From a bacterium (lineage in GTDB: Bacteria > Patescibacteriota > Minisyncoccia > Moranbacterales > UBA2206), in assembly GCA_030654225.1 (NCBI GenBank), contig JAURXY010000034.1, positions 25,184 through 89,183 of the forward strand: a stretch of DNA of 64,000 nucleotides, read 5' to 3'. The position numbers were made by a program, and so were the translations under genes. The notes beneath the pieces were generated by a model. That model was given only the letters and a program-made list of their open reading frames with translations, did not search any database and was not told the origin of the DNA. Of the stretch, positions 46,607 through 56,723 are shown piece by piece. Numbering within the stretch: position 1 is the first letter of the stretch; the number at the start of each line of letters is the position of its first letter.

Positions 46607-46966
46607 ATGCAACAAAAAAAGATTATTCTCTTCCTATTGATTACCTTCATAGCCAGCTCCGTTTGGCTTTTTTATGTGAGTGACAAAATTCTTGATCCGA
46701 ATGTTGGGAAAAATTGGTGGTCAATCTCTTTTTCCGATTCTAAATCAGAGAATTTAGATTTCGTAATTGAAAATCATAGTGATAAGGATAATTTTCAATG
46801 GGTTGTTTTGTCTGGCAATGATACAATCAAAGAAAGCGATGTGACTATCAAAAAAGGAGAGATCAGTTCAGTTAATGTTAATTTTGAAGATAGCTATAGA
46901 AACAAAAAAATTACCATTCAAGTAACTTCAGGAGATGAGAAAAAAGAAATTTATAAAAACTTATGA
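46607..46966 (+). CDS. Hypothetical membrane-anchored small beta-rich protein
   Basis: N-terminal TM; overlaps the next gene by ATGA. Confidence 0.65.
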   Translation: MQQKKIILFLLITFIASSVWLFYVSDKILDPNVGKNWWSISFSDSKSENLDFVIENHSDKDNFQWVVLSGNDTIKESDVTIKKGEISSVNVNFEDSYRNKKITIQVTSGDEKKEIYKNL

Positions 46967-48081
46967 AAAAGATACTTCTAGTAACGAGGCCAATTGCCCC
47001 GCCGTGGGACGAAGGTTCAAAAAATTTCGCCTATTACCTAGCAAAAAATCTAGCAGGTTTTGAAATTAATTTAATGACTAAAGGAATTTTGTCCGGACTA
47101 TCTGATAATGTTCACCAGCATTCGGTTTATTCAACTTCAGAAATTCGCGATTTCAATTTTTCACAAAAGCTTCGCGCGCTTCTTTTCCAATTCAAAACCA
47201 AAGGCAAGTTCGATATCAATCACTATTTTTTCACTCCAACAAAACTCAACTCCTTCCTGATTAAGCATTTTTTCAAATCATCCAAAACTAAAACTATTCA
47301 AACTGTCGCTTCTCTTCGTGATGACTTGTGGTCGTCGGATGATATTCGAAAATTGATGTTTGCAGATCTCATCATCACCTATTCTGATTATGCCAAGAAC
47401 AAATTAAATTCACTTGGATTTCAAAATGTCAAAAGGGTTTATCCAGGAATTGATCTGGAAAAATATCAACTACAAGAAAGAAACTTGGAGCTTATGCAAG
47501 AAAAAAACATTTCGCCAACGGACTTTGTGATAAATTTCACTGGCGAGTATGTGCGCCTTGGTGCGATTGATTTAGTGATTGACAGTTTTATCGAAATTTC
47601 CAAAAAAATTCCCGAAGCCAAACTCACTCTAGCAGTTAGAATCAAAAACGAAAAAGACGCTCAGAAAAAAGAAGAGGTTATGGAAAAGATCAAAAAAAGT
47701 AATCTTCTGGAAAAAGTTTCTTTTTTTGATAATGGTAAATATGATATGCCAGAAGTTTATAATCTTTGCGACATTAGTCTTTTCCCAGTACAAAATATGC
47801 ACGGAAAATTTGATATCCCTCTCGCTGTTATCGAAACGATGGCCTGTGAAAAACCAGTCATCTTAACAGATTTGGAAATTCTAAAAGAATTGGGAAATAA
47901 TAATAACTCTGTTATAATTGAGAAAGACAATCTAAAACAATTGACTGACGCAATTTTTGATTTATACCAAGACACAGAAAAAAGAAAAATGCTCGGGAAA
48001 AATGCTAGAAAGTTTTGTGAGGAAAATTTCGACATAAAAAATATAGCTAGGGCTTATGAAAAAATATATGAACAATTATAA
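46963..48081 (+). CDS. Glycosyltransferase family 4
   Basis: YPGIDL, DIPLAVIETMACEKPVI and MLGKNAR. Confidence 0.85.
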   Translation: MKKILLVTRPIAPPWDEGSKNFAYYLAKNLAGFEINLMTKGILSGLSDNVHQHSVYSTSEIRDFNFSQKLRALLFQFKTKGKFDINHYFFTPTKLNSFLIKHFFKSSKTKTIQTVASLRDDLWSSDDIRKLMFADLIITYSDYAKNKLNSLGFQNVKRVYPGIDLEKYQLQERNLELMQEKNISPTDFVINFTGEYVRLGAIDLVIDSFIEISKKIPEAKLTLAVRIKNEKDAQKKEEVMEKIKKSNLLEKVSFFDNGKYDMPEVYNLCDISLFPVQNMHGKFDIPLAVIETMACEKPVILTDLEILKELGNNNNSVIIEKDNLKQLTDAIFDLYQDTEKRKMLGKNARKFCEENFDIKNIARAYEKIYEQL

Positions 48082-49570
48082 TTTTGAAAATTTAAACGAA
48101 AACAAAAAAAAGTTCCAAACGGAAAAAATGAAAGTGCCGGCTATTTTTTTTATGAGTGAAGATTTAATACCTAAGGATGATTCTTTCGAAAAATTAGAAG
48201 ATATTGCTTCTAATCAAGATACACTTTTCCGTAATTTAGTCGCTATGCCTGATGTTTGTTCAAAGCCAGGCAGGAAAAATGCTTCCGGAACAACTATAGT
48301 CAGCGAAAATTACATACTGCCTCAAGTTAATGACTCAGACCCAAACTGTGGAATGCGTCTAATTAAAACTAATTTAACTGAAGATAATCTAACTAGTAAT
48401 GATATTGAAAATATTTTCAAGGAATTAGTAAGCACCGTTCCAACTAAAAAATTCGTCGGAACCAAAGTCCCTTTTAATGTTGTCGTTGATATTTGTCGAG
48501 AAGGAACATCCGCCATAATCAAACATCTCGGAATCAAAACAAAAAACGAACTCGAAAACACTCAGGATGGTGGTAATTTTTTCGGACGTATTATGGAAAG
48601 AAAAGATATTTTTGATGTAATACCAAAGCTGTACTTGTTTTTTGCGCGGTATCGCTTGGGAATTTTAGGCGCAGCTGGAAACCATTTTTCAGATCTTATG
48701 AAAGTAGATGAGATTATAGATTCCGAAATTGCCAAAAAAATGGGAATAGAAAAGGGACAGTATCTCTTTATGATTCACACTGGTTCAGGAATTTTGGGAC
48801 AATACACAATGTATACTCATACTGCCAAGAAACGCGAGCATCTTTCACAAGCTCTTATGGTAACACTTGGAAAAATGACTTTCAATTCCAGAAAAAAAGA
48901 AACTTATAAAAAGATGCAACAAAAAATAAAATTGCATATGTCAGGAGAAGAATCACTGCTTAGATATGACGGCAACGGAGAGGATGGAGAATTATATATG
49001 AACGCGCGAGCAGCCGCTTCTAATTTCGGCACTGCCAATAGAGCTGTTATCACTCACAATATCTCCGAAACGATAAAAAAAGTTCTTGGGCGTGACCCCG
49101 AAATGGATTTGATCTATGACATGCCTCACATTTCAATTTCCAAGGAAGAACATTTTGGGCGTGAAGTTTTTGTTCACCGAAGCAACACTTCAAGAGCATA
49201 TGGCCCTAGCAAGATGAAAAGTCATCCGATTTACGGCGAAACCGGCGAACCTGTCTTTATTCCATCTTCAATGGCCACTGACGCCTACATTTGCGTCGGA
49301 ACAGATGAAAATCAAGACAGTTTTTTCTCAGCTCCTCATGGCACCGGCAAAGGAACTAACGATAATGAAAAAACCATTGCCAATAAAGATGACCTTTTCG
49401 CCAAAATGAAAGAAAAAAATATCCGTCTTTACAATGCCCAATCTTCCATTGTTATCAATCAAGATTCTTCTCGATACAAAAATATAGACAAAGTAATTGA
49501 AGGTATTGAAGCCAACAAAATCGCTCACATTGTAGCAAAAATGAAACCCGTAGCGGTTATAATGTATTAA
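48068..49570 (+). CDS. Divergent RtcB-family ligase
   Basis: MPD, DPNCGMR, GNHF, IHTGS, YDMPH, VHR, PVFIPSSM, SAPHGTG and RYKNI are collinear with RtcB motifs; start 48068 or 48056. Confidence 0.88.
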   Translation: MNNYNFENLNENKKKFQTEKMKVPAIFFMSEDLIPKDDSFEKLEDIASNQDTLFRNLVAMPDVCSKPGRKNASGTTIVSENYILPQVNDSDPNCGMRLIKTNLTEDNLTSNDIENIFKELVSTVPTKKFVGTKVPFNVVVDICREGTSAIIKHLGIKTKNELENTQDGGNFFGRIMERKDIFDVIPKLYLFFARYRLGILGAAGNHFSDLMKVDEIIDSEIAKKMGIEKGQYLFMIHTGSGILGQYTMYTHTAKKREHLSQALMVTLGKMTFNSRKKETYKKMQQKIKLHMSGEESLLRYDGNGEDGELYMNARAAASNFGTANRAVITHNISETIKKVLGRDPEMDLIYDMPHISISKEEHFGREVFVHRSNTSRAYGPSKMKSHPIYGETGEPVFIPSSMATDAYICVGTDENQDSFFSAPHGTGKGTNDNEKTIANKDDLFAKMKEKNIRLYNAQSSIVINQDSSRYKNIDKVIEGIEANKIAHIVAKMKPVAVIMY

Positions 49571-49575
49571 ATTTT

Positions 49576-50160
49576 ATGAAACTAATCACAATTTCTGGTC
49601 TTGATGGCTCAGGGAAATCAACTCAAATTGAAATGCTAAAAAAGCATTTAGAATCGCAAAGTAAGCGGGTTTTTTATTTTCATGCTGGGCAATTTAGTAT
49701 TAGTAAGATTTATAATATTTTAAGACCACACAAGATTATTACTGGCAAACATCATGAAAGCGTGGTCAAAGCTAATGTTTTTCAAATTTATCTTCGTCGT
49801 TTTGCATTACTGATAGATTTGGTGCGCTTTAAGTTATTACATAATAAATTACGTAATAAAAATTATGATTATATTTTGAGTGACCGGTATTTTTATGATA
49901 GTGTGGTTAATATTGAATTTTTATGTAGGGAACGCATATATGCGTTCCCTACGTGGATTGTAAATCCCGATTTGGCAATCTATCTTCAAACTGATCCGGA
50001 AATAATAATGCAAAGAGAAAGAAAGCCTGATCAAGGAATTGATTATCTCAAAAAGAAAAAAAATATATATGACGCAAAAATTCTCGATTGGAATATGAAA
50101 CTAATTAATGGCAATCGAGGCCAAGAAGAAATTTTTAAAGAAATAAAATCATTTTTATGA
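49576..50160 (+). CDS. Thymidylate-kinase-like P-loop kinase
   Basis: ISGLDGSGKST and LSDRYFYDS. Confidence 0.8.
   Translation: MKLITISGLDGSGKSTQIEMLKKHLESQSKRVFYFHAGQFSISKIYNILRPHKIITGKHHESVVKANVFQIYLRRFALLIDLVRFKLLHNKLRNKNYDYILSDRYFYDSVVNIEFLCRERIYAFPTWIVNPDLAIYLQTDPEIIMQRERKPDQGIDYLKKKKNIYDAKILDWNMKLINGNRGQEEIFKEIKSFL
49925..49952. repeat. GTAG-type REP palindrome, in frame
   Basis: gtagggaacgcatatatgcgttccctac; encodes CRERIYAFPT. Confidence 0.85.
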
Positions 50161-51638
50161 AAAACAATTTAGTAAAATCAGTTTTCTGGGTAACGGTTTC
50201 GGAAATTTTATTTAATCTTTCCGGTTATGTAATCCATTCTGTTGCTGGAAGAGTTTTGGGTCCGGGTGATTATGGTCGCTATGGAATTGTAATAACACTC
50301 ACTACGATGATTATTATTCTTGTTGGCAATGGCGTGCCAACTGCTATGGCAAAATATTTGAGTGAAGTTTTTGAATCCAATCCGATAATGATTGGTGTAA
50401 TTAAGAAAAAAGCTATCATTCTCCAATCCATTATTATTGGAACGCTAACCGTAATATTTTTTCTTTTAGCGCCAGTTTTGGCATGGGCGTTAAAAGATCC
50501 AACACTTACCAATCTTTTTCGTCTTTCCACTTTGATTATTCCTGCTTTTGCTATGTCCTCTTTCTATTTTTCCTATTACACCGGTCTTCACAAGTTCAAC
50601 ATTCAATCTCTGCTAAAAACTCTGCGCTCGCTTTTTAGAGTGACTATTATTGTTGCTCTCGCCTATTTCTACAAAGTGCCCGGAGCAATCTTGGGTTATG
50701 TCATCGCTCCGTTTCTAACTTTTATTATCGGTTGGTGTATTGATAAATTTAGAGTTAAAGCAGAAATTGAAAATCAAATACAACTTAATCCCAATAAAGC
50801 AGAAATAGTTTTTGAATATAAAAAACTTATGCGTTATGCTTGGCAAATCGTTATTTTTTTTCTCGCCTACGAGCTTTTTATCAGCATTGATTTATATTTA
50901 GTAAAAGGAATTTTGAGAAATGATTATTTAACCGGAATATATAATGGCGCCCTTACAGTTGGACGCATCCCCTATTATGTTTTTTATGCCCTCACCGTTG
51001 TTCTTCTTCCGGCAATTTCCAAAAGCACTTCCGAGAACAACCATGCAAAAACCAGCCAGATCATTGGAAATTCCTTGCGCTTAATGTTGATTATTTTGGC
51101 CCCCGCTATTATCTTGATGGCCTATTTTTCTCAACCAATAATAAAGATTTTTTATAGCGCTAGATATTTGGCGGCTGCTGAACCGATGGCGGTTTTGGTT
51201 TATGGGGTGGGATTTTTGACAATTTTCTATGTGATGAGTTTTGTTATGAATGGAGCGGGAAAAACTAAGATCCCGATGATTATTTCTATTATTGGCTTGA
51301 CTTTGAATTCTGTTTTGAACTATTTTTTCATTCAAAAATTTGGACTTATGGGTTCCGCTTGGGCCACAACAATTTCTTCATTTCTAGCCATGCTTCTAAT
51401 GGTCTATTTCCTCTATAGAGAGTTTGGGGTTGTAATTAGTATAAAGAGCCTTCTAAGAGTTATTTTCTCCTCAGGAGGGCTTTATTTGACTTCCACACTC
51501 TTCCCTAATGAAAATTATTACTTTATTATCTGGTCTATAATTCTGCTATCTTTCTATTTTATTTTTCTTTATATACTAGGAGAAATAAAAAAAGATGATA
51601 TTTCATATTTCAGAAATATCATCCTTAAGAAAAAATAA
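50157..51638 (+). CDS. MOP/Wzx polysaccharide flippase
   Basis: RVLGPGDYGRY, GVPTAMAKY, LLPAIS and FGLMGSAWAT; many TMs. Confidence 0.9.
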   Translation: MKNNLVKSVFWVTVSEILFNLSGYVIHSVAGRVLGPGDYGRYGIVITLTTMIIILVGNGVPTAMAKYLSEVFESNPIMIGVIKKKAIILQSIIIGTLTVIFFLLAPVLAWALKDPTLTNLFRLSTLIIPAFAMSSFYFSYYTGLHKFNIQSLLKTLRSLFRVTIIVALAYFYKVPGAILGYVIAPFLTFIIGWCIDKFRVKAEIENQIQLNPNKAEIVFEYKKLMRYAWQIVIFFLAYELFISIDLYLVKGILRNDYLTGIYNGALTVGRIPYYVFYALTVVLLPAISKSTSENNHAKTSQIIGNSLRLMLIILAPAIILMAYFSQPIIKIFYSARYLAAAEPMAVLVYGVGFLTIFYVMSFVMNGAGKTKIPMIISIIGLTLNSVLNYFFIQKFGLMGSAWATTISSFLAMLLMVYFLYREFGVVISIKSLLRVIFSSGGLYLTSTLFPNENYYFIIWSIILLSFYFIFLYILGEIKKDDISYFRNIILKKK

Positions 51639-51642
51639 TTTT

Positions 51643-53262
51643 CTATTTAACCTTCAAAGCAAAAACTGAAAATTGGCGAAAGATTGAACATTTTTCAATG
51701 TCATATTTTTTTGCTATCTCTTGGGAAAGCTCGCATTTAGCCGAAGCATTTTTAAGATAGAATAGCTTGTCTCCTGAGTTTAATTTAATTTCTTTTCTAA
51801 GTTGAATTATTTCAATTTGTTCTTTCCCTGCTAAAAACTGAAGTGAGCGAAGAGATTTGAAAAGATAACCAGCTTGCGCATCAATGTAGGCTGTTTTATT
51901 TTCTGAATTATTTTTGATAAAATCAACGATATATTTCCCCTCTCCTAAAGTCAGATAATCAAAATCTCCATTGATTTCTCTTCCGCCATATTGCAAATCT
52001 TTATAGGTATAGAATATTTTTTGCAAATTGAAAGATGAAAAAATGGCAATAATAGCTATCGCAACCCACAAGCCTTTTTTGAATTTTTTCTCAAAAAAAT
52101 TCAACCAAAATCCCAAGATCAGCAATGGAATAAATAACAACGGCAAAAAGAAACGAACCGCCAATTCAGTGGCCCAAGTTATATAGAAAAGAAAAGACAA
52201 TATTATATAACTAGATATAAGCCCCAGGAAAAGTTTTTTATTCCTATCGCTTTCTTTTATAGCTTTTTTAAATAAGAGAAAATATCCACCCAAAGAAAAT
52301 ACTAGCGACAAAATAATCAAAACAACAAAACTTGCTTTTTCTCCTATGGTCATCCTTGTTCCATCTAACTTTTTGAAAATTTTCCAATCATTTTCATACC
52401 CGCATTCATTTTCATTGCCTAATGATGTGAGGATGTGATTATTGGTTTTGATATGACAAGAAAAATTCAAAAGCAAATTATTCGCCCAACTTCCATTTCG
52501 TTCATTCTTGCTGGTAATTCCCAAAATAAACTGATATGAATTAGCCCCACCGCTTCTAACTTCACTTACAATCTGGGGAATATTAACAAAAATAGTGGAC
52601 GCCACAATGATTACTATTGCCGTTGCTGAAATTATTTTTTTCTTGAAAAAGATAATCGCCGTGAAAAAAGAAAGCACTGGAAGGATTATCAAAAGCGAAG
52701 TATGCAATTGAATGCAAATTCCCAGAGATATTCCTGTCAAAATTGCCCAGGCAATTTTTCTTTTTTGTAAAATTGCCAAATTATAAAGTGCGTAGATAAA
52801 AAGCATCACAAAAAACGGGGTGGAATTTGGATTCCAAGCAAAACGAGAAAATTTAATCGCAAAATATGAAATTGAATACAGCCAAGCCAAAGCCAATGCG
52901 ATGGGAATTTTGAAATAAATTTTTGCTAAAAGAAAAAACATCCCGATTGACAAAATAGAAAAAAATAAATCCGGATAAGCTACTTTTTCCGGCTCTGCCC
53001 CAAATATTTTCGCTGAAACTAACTGAAAATAATAGAATGCTGGGCCAAGCAAAAATTCTGTTCCGCCTGCTCCAGGACCAAGATCTGGCAATCTGTTATT
53101 TTCGCTTAAATTTTCTATCAATTCCACATCGCGCGATTGATCCATATTGAATCTGAGCCAATCAGAAAAATGATAGGTACGCAAAAATATTCCCACTAAA
53201 ATAATCAGCATCAATAATATTGCGACTTGATGTTTTTTTATTTTTCCAAAAAAATTATTCAT
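51643..53262 (-). CDS. ArnT/PMT-like GT-C glycosyltransferase, array A copy 4
   Basis: LRTYHFSDWL..DQSRD, GPAFYYFQ, YPDLFF, SRFAWNPN and QLH. Confidence 0.8.
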   Translation of the reverse strand: MNNFFGKIKKHQVAILLMLIILVGIFLRTYHFSDWLRFNMDQSRDVELIENLSENNRLPDLGPGAGGTEFLLGPAFYYFQLVSAKIFGAEPEKVAYPDLFFSILSIGMFFLLAKIYFKIPIALALAWLYSISYFAIKFSRFAWNPNSTPFFVMLFIYALYNLAILQKRKIAWAILTGISLGICIQLHTSLLIILPVLSFFTAIIFFKKKIISATAIVIIVASTIFVNIPQIVSEVRSGGANSYQFILGITSKNERNGSWANNLLLNFSCHIKTNNHILTSLGNENECGYENDWKIFKKLDGTRMTIGEKASFVVLIILSLVFSLGGYFLLFKKAIKESDRNKKLFLGLISSYIILSFLFYITWATELAVRFFLPLLFIPLLILGFWLNFFEKKFKKGLWVAIAIIAIFSSFNLQKIFYTYKDLQYGGREINGDFDYLTLGEGKYIVDFIKNNSENKTAYIDAQAGYLFKSLRSLQFLAGKEQIEIIQLRKEIKLNSGDKLFYLKNASAKCELSQEIAKKYDIEKCSIFRQFSVFALKVK

Positions 53263-55048
53263 TCATATTTATATCACTGGTTAATTCCTCATCTTCTTCA
53301 ATAGTTTGTTTTTTTATCCCAAAAACATCCTTCCAAAAAAGTCGATCAGTTTTGGAATATTTTTTGTTAAACCTAAAATTCTTGGAAATGTTTCTCTCTG
53401 GAAAATTTATCTCATAAACTGAAATTTGTCCACAATCTTGAGAAGACAATATTTCAACTGGCACCCCATATTTTTTTTCTAAGGCTTTTTTTGGCTCCGT
53501 GTCAGAAGGAATAGTTGCAAAATATTGGGCGTTAGGATTATCATTCAAACTCAAAGTTTCATAAACAAAATTAGGATCATTTTTTTGCGCCAAAATATAT
53601 TTTATCGGATTTATATGCTCCGGCTTAGTATAAAAATAACTCGTATCGCCAGTTTTTCTTTTTGTATATATAAAATCGGCCACTTTTTGCAGTTCACTCA
53701 AGGTCACACCATCTTTTGTTTTCAAAATCAAAGTGCGGTTTATTTCCACATCCTTGATTTGAGACTGCTTCATTTCCGAAAACCACGCCAGCGTTCCATA
53801 CACATTCAAGCTAAATATAATGATTGCGACTGCCGAAATAGGATACGCTGATTTTTTCGGCCATCTTTCTTGAAAAAAATTAAATACTACTCCGCTCAAC
53901 AAAAATGGCACAGCAAAAACCAAGATAAAAAATCTTGGACGAAGTTGAAAAGAAACTGGGAAAGTAAAAATGAAAAACACACCTATCCACAAAAACAACA
54001 GTGCCAAAAAATTTCTTCTGCTAGAATCTTTTTCTCTCCTTAGGGCTCGTGCCGACAAAATTATTCCGGAAGAAATAAGGATAATTGTGAGAATTGACGG
54101 CAAATCATTATTTGTGCCATCAAACGGCTCACCTTCTCCGCAAAAAGAAGTAGTGATGAGACAATAATATTTGGTATTCTCAGAAAAATTTTTGGAAATT
54201 TTTTCTGCAAATGATTTGTCTTTTGCTTTGGAACTCAAAGCTTGAATGAAATTTCCGGCATTTTCCCCTTTTCTCATCACATCACTTATAATCACAGGCG
54301 AATAAATCAAAGCAAAAACAGAAATAAAAACCAAAGAATAAATGGCTATTTTTTGCAAAATATTTTTTTGGAATATATCCTTGATTTTTTGCAATTTCCA
54401 AAACTGACTATGAAACAAAATCAAACATCCGGAGATAGCGGTGAGCACAAAGAAACCAAAAAAATGCAGTTGTGATCCGATAGAAAGTCCGAGTACCCAA
54501 ATAATGAGCCAACCTATTTTTCTTTTGAGCTTTTGTTCACTCAGAAACTTCAGGAGTCCAAAAAAAGTCAATAAGGCAAAAAATTGCAACGGATTAGGAT
54601 TCCAAGCAAAACGAGAATATTGAATCACAATGAAAGAAAAAGCATACATCGCCATAGTAAGCAATGAAATATTTTTGGAAAAATAAATTCTCGCCAGAAA
54701 ATACAGCAGGACTATCGCCAAGATTGAAAAAAATAAATCCGGATAGGCAAAAACTTGCGGGGCAGTAGAGTTGGAAATGGCACCCGCGATATATTGAAAA
54801 TAATAATAGGCGGGACCGAGTCTCAAAAATCCACTATCCACTTCGGTTGCACCGGCTCTTGGCCCCAAAAGCGGAAGCATCATTGGTCCTTCATTTATCG
54901 CATGACTAACGAGTTGCGCATCACGCGATTGATCCATTTTGAAATATAGCCAATCGGAAAAATTGTAAAAACGGAAAGCAAAAGCACCGATAACTATCGC
55001 TAGCATAATAATCGTAACGGCATATTTTTTGGTTAGTAAGTTTTTCAT
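53255..55048 (-). CDS. ArnT/PMT-like GT-C glycosyltransferase, array A copy 3
   Basis: Same motifs as the other array A copies. Confidence 0.8.
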   Translation of the reverse strand: MKNLLTKKYAVTIIMLAIVIGAFAFRFYNFSDWLYFKMDQSRDAQLVSHAINEGPMMLPLLGPRAGATEVDSGFLRLGPAYYYFQYIAGAISNSTAPQVFAYPDLFFSILAIVLLYFLARIYFSKNISLLTMAMYAFSFIVIQYSRFAWNPNPLQFFALLTFFGLLKFLSEQKLKRKIGWLIIWVLGLSIGSQLHFFGFFVLTAISGCLILFHSQFWKLQKIKDIFQKNILQKIAIYSLVFISVFALIYSPVIISDVMRKGENAGNFIQALSSKAKDKSFAEKISKNFSENTKYYCLITTSFCGEGEPFDGTNNDLPSILTIILISSGIILSARALRREKDSSRRNFLALLFLWIGVFFIFTFPVSFQLRPRFFILVFAVPFLLSGVVFNFFQERWPKKSAYPISAVAIIIFSLNVYGTLAWFSEMKQSQIKDVEINRTLILKTKDGVTLSELQKVADFIYTKRKTGDTSYFYTKPEHINPIKYILAQKNDPNFVYETLSLNDNPNAQYFATIPSDTEPKKALEKKYGVPVEILSSQDCGQISVYEINFPERNISKNFRFNKKYSKTDRLFWKDVFGIKKQTIEEDEELTSDINMNE

Positions 55049-55095
55049 AATTTGCTATTTTAGTTTAAGCCAAAAATTATAATTTGGCAAAAAAA

Positions 55096-56721
55096 TTATT
55101 TGGGGTCATTTTTAATTTTCAAAATTGTAACATCATAAATCCGATGAAATTTTTCGACTTCACCATATTTTTTATATGACATTCCGACATAGAAGTTTTC
55201 CGATGATTCATTCACTGCAACAAATATCGGTAAATTTTTATCTCTCTCTATTCCTTCATTCAGCATAATAATTTCAATTTTTGCATCGGATAAAAAATAT
55301 TTTATTCTACCAACAAAACGACCCAGATAAACACTCTGTCCATCCAATTGGATTCTCTTATATGAGCCAGCTTCAGAAACTATGTATTCAGCAATTTCCT
55401 TGGCTTGATTCATGGTTCCGTCAATCATATTACTGGGAATATTAGTAGCATAAGTGCGAAAAGTTAATAAACAAAAAAATAAATTATACCCGATTAAAAT
55501 AGACATCGTCATCCAAGCCAAAAATTTAGTCGCCACCATATTTTGACTTAACAAAAATTCAAGCCATAGACCTAACAATATAAATGGAATAAAAATTAAT
55601 AAAATAAAATATCTCAAACTAACTTCAGCTCCAAATGGCACAAAAACACTCAATAGCGATAAGCTAAACAACACTAAGATAATATACTTACCATTTTTTT
55701 CTTTATCTTTCTTTATTTTTTTATATATAAAAAAATAACTCACACCCGAAAATATCACGACCGCAATAATCTTAGCTACATACAAAAACCAATCCACAAA
55801 ACCATCGTTTCTTCTTTCGAGTCGTTTTAGATATTTATCTGCAAGCGGAAAATCACAACTCTCTTGATTTGCGTATGGCGCTAGAATTTTCGCATTTGAT
55901 TGAACCTGACAAGAAGCAATGAAGAGTGCATTTTTCCAAAGTGAATTCTGATCATCAGATTTATATACGAGAGCATTTTTAAAATCCAAATAATTACCCC
56001 TTCCGGTTTTTATCTCACTTACAATCTGAGTATTATTTAAAATTAAAACGATCAAGGCAATTAACACCATACCTGAAAATTTAATCCGTTTATTTTTGAA
56101 CAAATATATTGCCAATATCAAGGATGCGAATGGCATACCGAACAAAAGCAATGTATGAAGTTGCATACTTATGCCAAGAGAAATTCCAATTAAAATAATC
56201 CAGGGCATTTTTTTCCTCTCCAGACTATTCCATAATTTAAGCACGGAATAAACAAAGAGCATATCAAAAAACTGAGCGGAGTTAGGATTCCAAGCAAATC
56301 TTGAATATTGCACAGTGAAAGATGCTATTGCATATAGTGCAGTCAATATCAATGAAATATTTTTTTCAAAATATTGTCGTGCTAAAAGATACAACAATGG
56401 GATAGCCAGAATACCAAAAAACAAATCTGGATAAGCCATCGTGTTAGGCGACACTCCAAAAACTCTTGCACTTAAATATTGAAAATAATAAAAAGCCGGA
56501 CCAAGTTTGAATAATGTACCACCAGCTACAGGACCGAGTAGCGGAATTTTATTTTCTTCAATCATACTTCGTACTACGGAAGCGTCTCTGGCTTGATCAG
56601 AATTAAATTTTAGCCAATCGGAAAAATGATAGGTGCGAAGAAAAATACCAACGATTATAATAATAACTAATGCCCAAAAATAAATAGATATTTTTCTAAT
56701 TTTTTTTATCAAATCATCCAT
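55096..56721 (-). CDS. ArnT/PMT-like GT-C glycosyltransferase, array A copy 2
   Basis: Same motifs as the other array A copies. Confidence 0.8.
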   Translation of the reverse strand: MDDLIKKIRKISIYFWALVIIIIVGIFLRTYHFSDWLKFNSDQARDASVVRSMIEENKIPLLGPVAGGTLFKLGPAFYYFQYLSARVFGVSPNTMAYPDLFFGILAIPLLYLLARQYFEKNISLILTALYAIASFTVQYSRFAWNPNSAQFFDMLFVYSVLKLWNSLERKKMPWIILIGISLGISMQLHTLLLFGMPFASLILAIYLFKNKRIKFSGMVLIALIVLILNNTQIVSEIKTGRGNYLDFKNALVYKSDDQNSLWKNALFIASCQVQSNAKILAPYANQESCDFPLADKYLKRLERRNDGFVDWFLYVAKIIAVVIFSGVSYFFIYKKIKKDKEKNGKYIILVLFSLSLLSVFVPFGAEVSLRYFILLIFIPFILLGLWLEFLLSQNMVATKFLAWMTMSILIGYNLFFCLLTFRTYATNIPSNMIDGTMNQAKEIAEYIVSEAGSYKRIQLDGQSVYLGRFVGRIKYFLSDAKIEIIMLNEGIERDKNLPIFVAVNESSENFYVGMSYKKYGEVEKFHRIYDVTILKIKNDPK

Positions 56722-56723
56722 AT

